From Gemmatimonadota bacterium (GTDB taxonomy: Bacteria > Gemmatimonadota > Gemmatimonadetes > Gemmatimonadales > GWC2-71-9), in NCBI GenBank assembly GCA_003222205.1, contig QHVC01000116.1:1-51554 (forward strand): a stretch of DNA of 51,554 nucleotides, given 5' to 3'. The position numbers and the translations under genes are program-made. This document shows, one piece after another, positions 1-9,328 of the stretch (its first letter is position 1; each line of letters begins with the position of its first letter). The notes below the pieces were generated by a model. It did not search any database. It was given only the letters and a program-made list of their open reading frames with translations, and was not told the origin of the DNA.

Positions 1-2148
1 CTCTGTGCGCTGTTCCCGGCGGGGCTGCAGGCTCAGGCGACCGGCATCGTGTACGGCACCGTGCGCGATACAACCGGCCACGGAGTGCGGTCGGCGAGCG
101 TGTCGATCACCGGCAGCCGGCTGCGAACCAACACCGGAAGCACCGGAGCCTATCGTCTCGAGGCGGTGCCCGCGGGACCGATCACGCTCCAGGCAGCGGC
201 CCTCGGCTTTCAGCCTGAGTCCTCAGCTGTAACCGTCACACCCAACGACTCCACGAGAGTGGATTTCACTCTGCGGGCCGTCCAAAACCTGGCTCCGATC
301 GTCGTCACCGCCGGCAAACGACAGCAGTCGCTCCAGGACGTCGTCACCAGCGTCGCGCTGATGACCGATTCGGCCATCGCCCGGCGCGCCGTCAACTCGA
401 TCGACGAAGCCGTCGACCGCGCGCCCGGCGTACAGTTCCTGAACGGCCAGGCCAACATCCGCGGCTCGACCGGATACGTGCAGGGCCTGGGCTCGCGCGT
501 CCTGCTGCTCGTCGACGGCGTCCCGGCCAACCAGGGCGACCGCGGCGGCATCAACTGGGATCTCCTTCCCGCCGACGCCGTCGAGCGCGTCGAGGTGGTC
601 AAGGGCGCCGGCTCCGCCTTGTACGGGTCGGCCGCCCTCGGCGGGGTCGTCAACCTCATCACCCGCGACGTCCCCGACGACGCCCACGCCCGCGTTCGCG
701 TCATCGGCGGCGGCTTCGCCGGTCCCCCGCACGACGTCTGGAAGTTCCGCGACTACACCGGGATCGAGGGCGGCGTCGATGTCACCGCAAGCTGGGGGCG
801 CGATCCCTTCCGCGGCGCCGTGGCGGCCGGGACCCGGCACTCCGACGGTTACCGCCAGCAGGACCAGCGCGACCACTGGCAGGTCGCCGGCAAGGGGCAA
901 TACCGGCTCGACCCCGTCACACGGCTCGACGTGTCCGGCGCCTGGGCGAGCGACCAGTATGAGGTGCCGCTCTCGTGGTGCCTGCGGGGCCGCTGCGACG
1001 ACCGCGGGCAGGCGTACCAACCGTTCATGGTGGATACCTCCGGGCTTGGCGACCATACCCGCTCGGACAAGGGGTATCTCACCGCGGTGGTGTCGCGCGA
1101 CCCGTCGCCCACCCTGAGCTGGCTGGCGCGGGCCTCGTGGCTGCGGACCGATTTCACCGACTTCCAGCAGGCGGGCAACGATTTCGGCAAGGCGAACCGC
1201 TTCGGCGGCGAGCTCCGCGGCGTCATCCGCTCCGACCCCCGCCAGGTGGTGACCGTCGGCGGGGAGGTCGCGTTCTCCGACGTCACCAGCGACATCTTCG
1301 GCGTCCACACCCAGGCCGAGTACGCCGCCTACGGCGAGGGTGAGCACCGCCTCGGCGCGGCGCGCCTGACGACCGGCGCACGCATCGACTTCCTGGCGGT
1401 AGACGGCGGTGGGCTCACCGCGGTCGTCAGCCCGAGGCTGGGCGCCGTGCTGGCGGCGGGTCGTGGCGTATGGCGGGCGTCGCTGGGACGGGGCTTTCGC
1501 GCCCCGTCCCTCGCCGAGCGTTTCGTCTCGACGTTCGTCAGCGGTATCCGCGTCATTCCGGATCCCAGCCTCCGGCCCGAGGAGGCGTGGACCGCCGAGG
1601 TCGGCCACGCTAGGGGCTTCGCGGACGACCGGGTGCGCGTCGATGCCGCGCTCTTCTGGACCGAAGCGCGCCGGCTGATCGAGCCGGTTTTCATCGACAC
1701 CCTGGCACAAATCCAGTTCCAAAACCTGGCCCGAGCGCGCTTGGCAGGACTCGATCTCTCCTTGTCAGCGGCGTCGCTGATGCCGCGCCTCTCCGCCACC
1801 TTTGCCTACACGTTTCTCTACGCGCGCGAGTTGGCCCACGACACGACGCCCACCCGCCCGCTCCCCTTTCGCCCCCGCCACCTGCTGACGCTGGACGCCG
1901 ACTATGCGCTGGGCGCGGCCTCCGTCGGCGCGGCGTTCCGCTACAGCAGCCGCTTCGAGCGCGTCGAGCTGTACGAGACGGACCCCCGCGTCGCCGCGAA
2001 GGTCGTGGACCTGCATGCGGGGTGGACGCGGGGGCCCCTCGCCGCACACCTCCTGGTGAGCAACGCCCTGAACTACATCTACACCCTGGTCCCCCGCACC
2101 CTCGCGCCGGTCCGGAAGGTGACCGTCGCGGTCACGTGGACTTATTAG
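1..2148 (+). CDS. TonB-dependent outer-membrane receptor; 5' end truncated by the window edge
   Basis: Frame 1 is open from nt 1. The sequence ...LCALFPAGLQAQATGIVYGTVRD looks like the end of a signal peptide running into a CarboxypepD_reg-like domain (GTVRDTTGHGVRSASVSITGS...YRLEAVPAGPITLQ). Plug-like region: IRGSTGYVQGLGSRVLLLVDGVP...VERVEVVKGAGSALYGSAALGGVVNLITR. A long barrel ends in the aromatic terminus VTWTY. Confidence 0.85.
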   Translation, partial: LCALFPAGLQAQATGIVYGTVRDTTGHGVRSASVSITGSRLRTNTGSTGAYRLEAVPAGPITLQAAALGFQPESSAVTVTPNDSTRVDFTLRAVQNLAPIVVTAGKRQQSLQDVVTSVALMTDSAIARRAVNSIDEAVDRAPGVQFLNGQANIRGSTGYVQGLGSRVLLLVDGVPANQGDRGGINWDLLPADAVERVEVVKGAGSALYGSAALGGVVNLITRDVPDDAHARVRVIGGGFAGPPHDVWKFRDYTGIEGGVDVTASWGRDPFRGAVAAGTRHSDGYRQQDQRDHWQVAGKGQYRLDPVTRLDVSGAWASDQYEVPLSWCLRGRCDDRGQAYQPFMVDTSGLGDHTRSDKGYLTAVVSRDPSPTLSWLARASWLRTDFTDFQQAGNDFGKANRFGGELRGVIRSDPRQVVTVGGEVAFSDVTSDIFGVHTQAEYAAYGEGEHRLGAARLTTGARIDFLAVDGGGLTAVVSPRLGAVLAAGRGVWRASLGRGFRAPSLAERFVSTFVSGIRVIPDPSLRPEEAWTAEVGHARGFADDRVRVDAALFWTEARRLIEPVFIDTLAQIQFQNLARARLAGLDLSLSAASLMPRLSATFAYTFLYARELAHDTTPTRPLPFRPRHLLTLDADYALGAASVGAAFRYSSRFERVELYETDPRVAAKVVDLHAGWTRGPLAAHLLVSNALNYIYTLVPRTLAPVRKVTVAVTWTY

Positions 2149-2206
2149 ATTCCCCGGACCGATGCGCGCCGAATCCCAAAACCGTCACGGAGATCGTGAG
2201 CGCCCG

Positions 2207-2722
2207 ATGACTTCCCGTCTCCTCACCGCCGCCCTCCTGCTCGCCGCCTGTGGCGGGGGCGGTGCGCGTTCACCGATCTGCGGCATCGCGCTGGTGACCG
2301 CGCCGACCCTCATTCACGAGCAGCTCAAGAACGCGCGCGCCATCATCACCGACGTCCCCCGCGGGCTCCCCGACAGTCTCCCGGGCCGGCTCGCCGCCGC
2401 CGGCGATTCCGGAATCGGCAAGGTGAAAGTCAGCTACGCGGAGGGTCGCAAGAGCGCCCTGGCGTTGGGCTGGGAAGGGGCGCTCTTCCCCCGTCACAAA
2501 GACGCCTTTGCCCTTCTCGTGGTCGACGACACCTCCAACCGCGTCGAGGGCGTGCTGCTCTATGACGTGCCGGGACCCGACTCGGTCGTGTACCCGCTCC
2601 TCGGGCACGTCTCGACCAGCGAGCTGAGCTTGCCGTTGTACGGCGTCACCGTGGACTGGGCCGGCATGAGCAACCCGCGTTGCCCGCTGCTCGCGTTCCC
2701 GACGGCCAAGCAGCCCTCGTGA
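2207..2722 (+). CDS. hypothetical lipoprotein
   Basis: Internal ATG of ORF 2162..2722 gives MTSRLLTAALLLAACGGGG, a signal peptide plus lipobox (LLAAC). I recognise no family. Confidence 0.6.
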   Translation: MTSRLLTAALLLAACGGGGARSPICGIALVTAPTLIHEQLKNARAIITDVPRGLPDSLPGRLAAAGDSGIGKVKVSYAEGRKSALALGWEGALFPRHKDAFALLVVDDTSNRVEGVLLYDVPGPDSVVYPLLGHVSTSELSLPLYGVTVDWAGMSNPRCPLLAFPTAKQPS

Positions 2723-3423
2723 GCGTCGCGCTGGTGACGGCGACGCTCCGCACCGACGGCGGGCGCGAGCGCGTGGCGCTCAACACCGCTTACGCCCGCG
2801 CCCTGCTGCGCGCGGGCGTGATCCCCCTGGCCGCTGCGCCGCTGCTCGACCCCGGCCACGCCGCCGAGGCGCTGCGCCCGCTGGATGGGCTGGTGTTGAC
2901 CGGGGGCGAGGACGTCGCGCCGGCCCGCTACGGGGCGGCGCCGCACCCCGCCCTCGGCGAGGTGGACGCGGCGCGCGACGCGATCGAGCTCGCGTTGATC
3001 CGCGAGGCCCGGGCCCAGGCCAAGCCGATCCTCGCGATCTGCCGCGGCATCCAGATCCTGAACGTCGCGTTGGGCGGGACGCTCTATCAGGACCTGCCGA
3101 GCGAGCGTCCCGGTCCCGTCGACCACCGCGACGAGCGCGGGCGCCACGCGCTGCGGGTCGCGCCCGACACCCTGCTCGCCGAGACGGTCGGCGCCGCGGC
3201 CCTCATCGTGAACAGTCGCCACCATCAGGCGATCCGCGACCTCGCTCCATCGCTCGTCGCCACCGCGTGGGCGGACGACGGCCTGATCGAGGCGGCGGAG
3301 TTCGCGACGCCGGGCGAGCCGTGGATGCTCGCGGTGCAATGGCACCCGGAAGACCTGACGGAAGCGGCATTGTTTGCCGGATTCGCGCGGGCGCTCGCCC
3401 GCGCGCCGGCAGCCGCGCGGTGA
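2719..3423 (+). CDS. class I glutamine amidotransferase-like hydrolase (peptidase C26, gamma-glutamyl-GABA hydrolase family)
   Basis: Nucleophile elbow LAICRGIQILNVALGGTLYQDL, then NSRHHQAI and AVQWHPE. GTG at 2719 overlaps the upstream TGA (GTGA). The track's longest start, 2680, is a TTG inside the upstream gene. Confidence 0.8.
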   Translation: MSVALVTATLRTDGGRERVALNTAYARALLRAGVIPLAAAPLLDPGHAAEALRPLDGLVLTGGEDVAPARYGAAPHPALGEVDAARDAIELALIREARAQAKPILAICRGIQILNVALGGTLYQDLPSERPGPVDHRDERGRHALRVAPDTLLAETVGAAALIVNSRHHQAIRDLAPSLVATAWADDGLIEAAEFATPGEPWMLAVQWHPEDLTEAALFAGFARALARAPAAAR

Positions 3424-3842
3424 CGCTCCCCTTTCCCTCCGCGGAGTGGGTCGCCGCCTACGGCGCCGCGATCAACGCCAGCGAGACGTACCGCACCGCT
3501 TCGCTCAACTGGACGTTCGGGGCGGTCGCGCTCGTCGTCGCCGCGCAGCCGGCGATCGGGCTCGCCGAGCCGCTCGCCATCTGGCTGGACCTCGATCGCG
3601 GCGCGTGCCGGGAGGCGCGGCTCACGCCGGCGGCCGAGGCGGACGCCGCCCCCTTCATCCTCACCGCCGAATACGCCCGCTGGAAGCAGATCATCCGCCG
3701 CGAGGTGGGCCCGATCGCCGCGATCCTGCAGCGCAAGCTGGCGCTGAAAGGATCGCTGCCGATCGTCGTGCGCTTCGTCAAATCGGCGGAAGCGCTCGTC
3801 GACGTGGCGACGACGCTGCCGACGCGCTTTCTGGACGAGTAA
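3420..3842 (+). CDS. SCP2 sterol-carrier-like domain protein
   Basis: VTLPFPSAEWVAAYGAAINASETY...FILTAEYARWKQII...LQRKLALKGSLPIVVRFVKSAEAL has the SCP2 pattern. GTG at 3420 overlaps the upstream TGA (GTGA). Confidence 0.7.
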   Translation: MTLPFPSAEWVAAYGAAINASETYRTASLNWTFGAVALVVAAQPAIGLAEPLAIWLDLDRGACREARLTPAAEADAAPFILTAEYARWKQIIRREVGPIAAILQRKLALKGSLPIVVRFVKSAEALVDVATTLPTRFLDE

Positions 3843-3850
3843 CGCGGATC

Positions 3851-5812
3851 ATGACTCAACCTCCCGCGCGTCAGCCTGCCTCCTCCCCGAGCGCCGAGAT
3901 CCTGCCGCGCCTCACCGCACTCGCGCAGGAGCTCGCGGGCGCCGCGCGTCCGGCCGTCGTGATGGAGCGGTTGGCGCGCGCGCTGGTCGAGACCTTCACG
4001 CCGGACCGGCTCGCCATCGTGCTGCTGGAGATGGACCTGAACCGGCTCGTCGTCGCCCATTGCGTGGGGCCCGCCGTCGCCACCGACGACCCGCTGGTGC
4101 AGCTGGCGCTGCGGCGCGGTCCCCTCGTCTTCAGCGGCGATGTCGCCGCCCGGGCGGCCCCGCTCGGCGCGGTCGTGACGGCGCCGGCGCCCGCCGCCTG
4201 GATGGGCGTGCCGATCGCCGCGTTGAACAACACCATCGGCGCCGTCTCCATCGCCGCTGCCCGTCCCGGGGCCTATGGTCCCACCGAACTGGACCTCGCC
4301 ACGGCGATGGTGGCGATGGCCGCCATCGCGCTCGTCAACTCCCGTCTCATGCAGCTGCTCTCCAGCGGCAAGCGCGAGTGGGAGCTGACCGTGGACACCA
4401 TCAGCCACGCCATCTGCATCGTCGACGCCCAGGGCGTCGTGCGCCGCGGCAACCGGGTGTTCGCCGAGCTGGTGCAGGTCCCCGTGACCGCCCTGCCGGG
4501 CCGGCCCTGGATGGGCCTGCTCCCACCCAATTGGGCGGACCTCGTAGCGCGGGCCCTGGCCGGCCCGGGGGGCCCCGCCCTGGAGCTCCGGCAGGGCGAC
4601 CGCATCTACCTCGTGAGCGCCGTGCCGATGGCGGGCGAGGCGGCGGGTGACGCGGTCCTGCTCTTCGAGGACACGACCGACAAGCGTCGTCTCCAGGAGC
4701 AGCTGGTACAGTCTGAGAAAATGTCGGCGATTGGTCAACTGATCGCCGGGGTGGCGCACGACCTGAACAACCCCCTCGCCTCCGTGGTGGGCTTCGCGGA
4801 CTTCCTCAGCGAGTCGGGCGAAGTCCCGCCGAGCCTCGCCGAGCCGCTCCAGGTGATCCGGCAGGAAGCCGAGCGGGCCGCGAACATCGTCCGGAACCTC
4901 CTCACCTTCGCCCGCAAGCAGGAGGGCGCGCGCCGTCCCCAGGCCATCCGGCCGCTGCTCGAAGCCACTCTCGCCCTGCTCCGCAATCAGCTGATGGCGT
5001 TGAAGGTCGAGGCGGAGCTCGAGGTCGAGCCGGGCACCCCCGAAATCGAGATGAACCCCAACGAGATCACGCAGGTGTTCGTGAACCTCGTGAACAACGC
5101 GGCGCAGGCGATCGCCGCAACGGGCCGCCCGGGGCGGGTCCGCGTCACCGCGCGCCCCTGGCTCGACGGCGTCGCGGTGAGCATCGCGGACGACGGCCCG
5201 GGCATCCCCGAGGAGCTGGCGCCCCGGGTGTTCGAGCCGTTCTTCACCACCAAGCCCGAAGGCGAGGGCACCGGCCTCGGCCTCTCGATCTGCCAGGGCA
5301 TCGTCAAGGAGCACGGCGGCCGCATCACCCTCGACCCGGGCCCCAAGGTCGGCGCCACATTCACCGTAGAGCTGCCGCGCGGCACTCGGGCCCCGCGCCT
5401 CACGCCCCCGCCGGCCACCCTCACCGTCCCCCGCGCGCTGCGCCTGCTCGTGGTGGACGACGAGCTGCCCATCCTTCACTACATGCGGGCGACGCTGGAG
5501 AGCTGGGGGCACACGGTGGAGATCGCGAGCGACGGGAGTGAGGCCCTGGAGCGCGCGCTCGCACAGCCGTTCGACGCGATCATCTGCGATCTGCGCATGC
5601 CGCGTCTGGGCGGACGCGAGATGTACCAACAGCTCGCCCAGCGGCACCCCGCGGTGGCGGAGCGGATCATCTTCGCGACCGGCGACACCGTGCGCGGCGA
5701 CACGCTGCGCTTCCTCGAGAGTCTGGGGCGACCGTTCCTCCACAAGCCATTCACCCTGGCCGAGCTCCGCATCGTGCTCGCCGGCGTCGGCGCCGCGGCT
5801 CGGACAACGTGA
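3851..5812 (+). CDS. soluble hybrid sensor histidine kinase / response regulator (GAF-PAS-HisKA-HATPase-REC)
   Basis: ATG at residue 160 of ORF 3374..5812 (MTQPPARQ). H-box AGVAHDLNNPLASVVGFADFL, N-box NLVNNAAQAI, G1 DDGPGIP, G2 GTGLGLSIC. C-terminal receiver LLVVDDELPIL...AIICDLRMPRLGG. No transmembrane segment is apparent. Confidence 0.9.
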   Translation: MTQPPARQPASSPSAEILPRLTALAQELAGAARPAVVMERLARALVETFTPDRLAIVLLEMDLNRLVVAHCVGPAVATDDPLVQLALRRGPLVFSGDVAARAAPLGAVVTAPAPAAWMGVPIAALNNTIGAVSIAAARPGAYGPTELDLATAMVAMAAIALVNSRLMQLLSSGKREWELTVDTISHAICIVDAQGVVRRGNRVFAELVQVPVTALPGRPWMGLLPPNWADLVARALAGPGGPALELRQGDRIYLVSAVPMAGEAAGDAVLLFEDTTDKRRLQEQLVQSEKMSAIGQLIAGVAHDLNNPLASVVGFADFLSESGEVPPSLAEPLQVIRQEAERAANIVRNLLTFARKQEGARRPQAIRPLLEATLALLRNQLMALKVEAELEVEPGTPEIEMNPNEITQVFVNLVNNAAQAIAATGRPGRVRVTARPWLDGVAVSIADDGPGIPEELAPRVFEPFFTTKPEGEGTGLGLSICQGIVKEHGGRITLDPGPKVGATFTVELPRGTRAPRLTPPPATLTVPRALRLLVVDDELPILHYMRATLESWGHTVEIASDGSEALERALAQPFDAIICDLRMPRLGGREMYQQLAQRHPAVAERIIFATGDTVRGDTLRFLESLGRPFLHKPFTLAELRIVLAGVGAAARTT

Positions 5813-6852
5813 AGGTGCTCCAGGTGGATTCCGGGCGCGAGTGGCGCGGCGGCCAGAATCAGGTCCGCCTCCTCTCCCGCGAGCTCGCGCGCGCCGGCGA
5901 CGTCGACCAGGTGCTCGCCACCAAGCGCGGCAGCGAGCTGGCGCGCCGGGCCGCGGGGGAGGGCGTCACGGTCGCCGGACTCCCGTGGGCCCTGGGGCTC
6001 GACCCGCGGGCCGCCTGGTGGCTGCGCCGGCTCGTCACGCACTTTCGACCGCACATCATCCACGTGCACGACAGCCACGCCCTCGCCTTGGCGCGTTGGG
6101 CGCGCGCCTGGCGCCGGCGGCTGCCCCGCCTGCTCGCGCACCGCCGTGTGGATTTCCCCGTGCGACCCGGCAGCGGTTGGCACCGCGCCGACGCCGTCGT
6201 CGCCGTGTCGGAAGGCGTGAAGCGCGTGCTGACGGGCAACGGGCTCCCGGCCGCGCGCATTACCGTCGTCCCCGACGGCATCGACCCCGGCGAAATCCGC
6301 CAGAGCGCGACGCGCCCGCTCGACATTCGGGCGCGGCTGCGGCTGCCGCCCGGGACGCCGCTCGCCGTCAACGTGGCGGCGCTCGTGGATCACAAGGACC
6401 ACCGTACCCTGCTCGGCGCCGCGCGCGCCGCGCGCGCCCAGGCCCCCGATCTCCACTGGGCCATCGCGGGGGACGGCGAGCTGCAGCGTTCCCTCGAAGC
6501 CGAGATCGAGCGGCAGGAGTTGGGCGATCGGGTGCATCTCCTGGGGTATGTAGAGGAAGCGGATGCCCTGATCCGCGAAGGAGACGTGTTCGTGATGTCC
6601 TCGAAGGAAGAGGGGATGGGCAGCGTGGTGCTGCACGCGCTCGCCCTCGAAAAGCCCGTCGTCGCCACCGCCGCCGGCGGTCTGCCCGAGGTAGTGCCGG
6701 CAGAGTGGCTGGTTCCGGTTGGGGACGCCGAGGCCTTGGGAGCGAGAGTGATCCAGGCGCTGCAGCACGTTTCCCGGGTCCCGTTCCCCGAGCGGTTCAC
6801 CGCACGCGCGATGGCGGAGTCGATCTTGGCCCTCTATCGCTCGCTCGCCTAG
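5809..6852 (+). CDS. glycosyltransferase family 4 (GT-B, GT1 clan)
   Basis: MKVLQVDSGREWRGGQNQV at the N-terminus. EX7E region SSKEEGMGSVVLHALALEKPVVATAAGGLPEVV. GTG at 5809 overlaps the kinase TGA (GTGA). Confidence 0.85.
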   Translation: MKVLQVDSGREWRGGQNQVRLLSRELARAGDVDQVLATKRGSELARRAAGEGVTVAGLPWALGLDPRAAWWLRRLVTHFRPHIIHVHDSHALALARWARAWRRRLPRLLAHRRVDFPVRPGSGWHRADAVVAVSEGVKRVLTGNGLPAARITVVPDGIDPGEIRQSATRPLDIRARLRLPPGTPLAVNVAALVDHKDHRTLLGAARAARAQAPDLHWAIAGDGELQRSLEAEIERQELGDRVHLLGYVEEADALIREGDVFVMSSKEEGMGSVVLHALALEKPVVATAAGGLPEVVPAEWLVPVGDAEALGARVIQALQHVSRVPFPERFTARAMAESILALYRSLA

Positions 6853-6863
6853 ATTGCAGGGCG

Positions 6864-8375
6864 GTGATCTACGTCTGCGTGCCGGTACGCGATGAAGCCC
6901 GGACGGTCGGGCTGGTGCTCTGGAAAGTCCGTCAGGTATTCACGGCGTTCCAGCGCGAGTACCAGCTCCTCGTGTGCGACGACGCGTCGTCCGACGGCAC
7001 CGGCGAGGTGCTGACCACCTACGCCAAAGTCCTCCCGCTGACCGTGCTCACCCACCGGGAGCGGCGCGGCTACGCCGCGAGCGTCGAAGAGCTGTTGCGG
7101 CTCGCGCTGCAGCGCACCGACCGCCCCAAGCGCGACTGCGCCATCACGCTGCACGCCGACTTCGTCCACAACCCCGACGCCTTGGACGAGATGGTGAAGC
7201 GGTTGGAGTCGGGGGCGGACCTCGTCGTCGCCGAGCAGCTCGAGCTCGCCGGGGACGTGGCGTGGGAGCTGCGCTGGGCGCGGCGCTGGGCTCCGCGGCT
7301 GCTGCGTGTGGCGGGGGTCCGAGACACCGTCTCCGGCTACCTCGCTCTGCGCCTCGCCCTGCTTCGCCAGGCCCTGCGGGCCGAAGCGACCCAGCCGCTG
7401 CTCACGACCGAGGGCTGGCCCGCCCGGGCGGAGCTGGTGGCGCGACTGGCGCCGCACGCCCGCCGCCTCGACACCCTGCCGACCCGGGCGCGCTACGACC
7501 TCCAGCAGCGGCCCTCCCGCGTGCAGCCGTGGAAGGAGTTCGTGGCCGCCTGGAAGGCGCGCCCGGTGATCCGGGCGGCACGGGCGGTGACCGCCGTGAC
7601 GACGGTGGCCGCGCTGCTGGTGCTCGCGGCCCCGCTCCGGAGCCAGAGCGATTCGGCGCGGGCTGCCTCCGCCAGCCTGCCGGTCCACGCCGTCACGACG
7701 CCGGCCGCCGTTCCGTTCCCCGTCGGCGAGCGGCTGCGCTACGGAGCTAGGTACGGGCCCTTCAGCGTCGGCAAGGCCACGATGGAAGTGGCCGGCCTTG
7801 ACACGGTGGACGGCGTCGAGACGGTGCACTTCATCTTCCGCATCGAGGGCGGGGCGCTCTGGTACCACCTCGATCAGACGATGGAATCGTGGGTGGGGCG
7901 GACGGACTTCCGCTCGCGGCGCTTCCACCAGGACACGGAGGAGCGCGGCCGCATCTGGCACCACTATTACGACATCTTTCCCGATTCGGGGTTCTACCGC
8001 GAGGAGGGGCGCGACACCACCTTCGCCACGGTGCCCGATCCGCTCGACGACGCCGCGTTCCTGTACTGGATCCGCACGGTGCCGCTCGAGCAGGGCAAGC
8101 GCTACGAGTACCGGCGCTACTTCCGCCCCGACCGCAATCCGGTCATCGTGCAGGTCGTCGGCCACGAGCGCCTGAGCGTCGCGGGGAAGAAGTGGAACGC
8201 GATCGTGGTGCGGCCGATGATCCCCAACGGGCGCGGCATCTTCGCGGAGAAGGCCGACGCCCGCATGTGGCTCTCCGACGACGCCCGGCGGGTCATGCTG
8301 GCGCTGCAGTCCAACTTCTCGTTCGGCCAGATCACCTTGAAGCTCAAGGAGTACTCCGTCCCGGAGCACCCATGA
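6864..8375 (+). CDS. GT2 (polyprenol-phosphate-type) glycosyltransferase fused through a hydrophobic segment to a DUF3108 domain
   Basis: In-frame GTG at 6864 gives VIYVCVPVRDEARTV...LLVCDDASSDGTGEVL...ITLHADFVHNPDAL, a GT-A fold. There is no stop before 8375. A hydrophobic stretch AVTAVTTVAALLVLAAPL sits mid-protein. The C-terminal half (GERLRYGARYGPFSVGKATMEV...ARMWLSDDARRVMLALQSNFSFGQITLKL) is DUF3108-like. An alternative internal GTG at 7566 would give a separate secreted DUF3108 protein. Confidence 0.7.
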   Translation: MIYVCVPVRDEARTVGLVLWKVRQVFTAFQREYQLLVCDDASSDGTGEVLTTYAKVLPLTVLTHRERRGYAASVEELLRLALQRTDRPKRDCAITLHADFVHNPDALDEMVKRLESGADLVVAEQLELAGDVAWELRWARRWAPRLLRVAGVRDTVSGYLALRLALLRQALRAEATQPLLTTEGWPARAELVARLAPHARRLDTLPTRARYDLQQRPSRVQPWKEFVAAWKARPVIRAARAVTAVTTVAALLVLAAPLRSQSDSARAASASLPVHAVTTPAAVPFPVGERLRYGARYGPFSVGKATMEVAGLDTVDGVETVHFIFRIEGGALWYHLDQTMESWVGRTDFRSRRFHQDTEERGRIWHHYYDIFPDSGFYREEGRDTTFATVPDPLDDAAFLYWIRTVPLEQGKRYEYRRYFRPDRNPVIVQVVGHERLSVAGKKWNAIVVRPMIPNGRGIFAEKADARMWLSDDARRVMLALQSNFSFGQITLKLKEYSVPEHP

Positions 8376-9328
8376 CCGAGTATCGTGAGGCGGATCTGAG
8401 CCGTCTCAAGACCGTCCCGATCGCGCAGCGCTCCAACAAAGTCGACGCCACCCTCCTCGCTCACCCGCCTGGATCGGATCGCAGCTTCGCCGCGTTTTGG
8501 ACTTCGCTCCCCGACATTCTCGCCGCCCGGGACCTGCGGTTCGTCGTGGACCGCGTCGCCGCCGCGGCCGGCAAACACGGCGTCGTGGTGATGCTGGGCG
8601 GCCACGTGATCAAGGTCGGGCTGGGACCCCTGCTGCTGACCTTGCTGCGTCGCCGCGTCCTCACGCACGTGGCGATGAACGGCAGCGCCGCGATTCATGA
8701 CTTCGAGCTCGCCGCGTACGGCGGCACCAGCGAGGACGTGGCCGCCGGTTTGGACGACGGCACGTTCGGGATGGCCGAAGAGACGGGGCGGGACATGAAC
8801 GCCGCGATCACCGCCGGCGCCAAGGCCGAGCAGGGCGCGGGCGAGGCCCTCGCGGAGTCGCTGCGGCGACGCCAGGCGCTGCCCGGGCGCGACGTCTCAG
8901 TCCTCGTCGGGTGCGCCGAGATGGGCATTCCGGTGACCGTGCACGCCGCGATCGGCGCCGAAATCACCCACCAGCACCCGGCCGCCGATGGCGCGGCGCT
9001 GGGCGCGACGAGCCATCGGGATTTCCGGCGGCTCGCCGCTTCCCTGCCGGCCCTCGACGGCGGCGGCGTGGTCCTGAACCTGGGGAGCGCGGTGGTCATG
9101 CCGGAGGTGTTTCTCAAGGCGCTCTCCATCGCCCGCAACCTGAACGGGGGGAAACCCTCGCACTTCACAGCCGTGGACTGCGACATGCAGCGCCACTACC
9201 GGCCGCGGGTGAACGTGGTGGAGCGGCCCACGCGCGCGGGCGGACGAGGCATCATGCTGACCGGGCATCACGAGCTGTTGTTCCCGTTGCTGTGCTGGGG
9301 CGTGCTGGAGCGCCTCGGTGCCCGCTAG
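8372..9328 (+). CDS. conserved hypothetical protein, deoxyhypusine-synthase-like fold (tentative)
   Basis: ATG at 8372 overlaps the upstream TGA (ATGA). Blocks line up by eye with eukaryotic DHS blocks: VVVMLGGHVIKVGLGPLLLTLLRRRVLTHVAMNGSAAIHDFE, IPVTVHAAIGAEITH, GVVLNLGSAVVMPEVF, ELLFPLLCWGV. The fold call comes from memory, not from a search. Confidence 0.5.
   Translation: MTEYREADLSRLKTVPIAQRSNKVDATLLAHPPGSDRSFAAFWTSLPDILAARDLRFVVDRVAAAAGKHGVVVMLGGHVIKVGLGPLLLTLLRRRVLTHVAMNGSAAIHDFELAAYGGTSEDVAAGLDDGTFGMAEETGRDMNAAITAGAKAEQGAGEALAESLRRRQALPGRDVSVLVGCAEMGIPVTVHAAIGAEITHQHPAADGAALGATSHRDFRRLAASLPALDGGGVVLNLGSAVVMPEVFLKALSIARNLNGGKPSHFTAVDCDMQRHYRPRVNVVERPTRAGGRGIMLTGHHELLFPLLCWGVLERLGAR

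Noticed and set aside
2119-2135. Hairpin GTGACCG-tcg-CGGTCAC near the 3' end of the TonB-dependent receptor gene
   Set aside because: It lies inside the coding sequence 11 nt before the stop and is not followed by an immediate T-tract. It cannot be called a terminator from sequence alone.
3458-5743. 761-aa minus-strand ORF
   Set aside because: Antisense to the hybrid histidine kinase. A GC artefact.
5538-6863. N-terminal 442 codons of the 945-aa plus-strand ORF 5538..8375
   Set aside because: This part overlaps the GT4 gene in another frame and is Arg/Ala/Pro-rich junk. Credible sequence begins at the in-frame GTG at 6864 (VIYVCVPVRDEA...), 12 nt after the GT4 stop.
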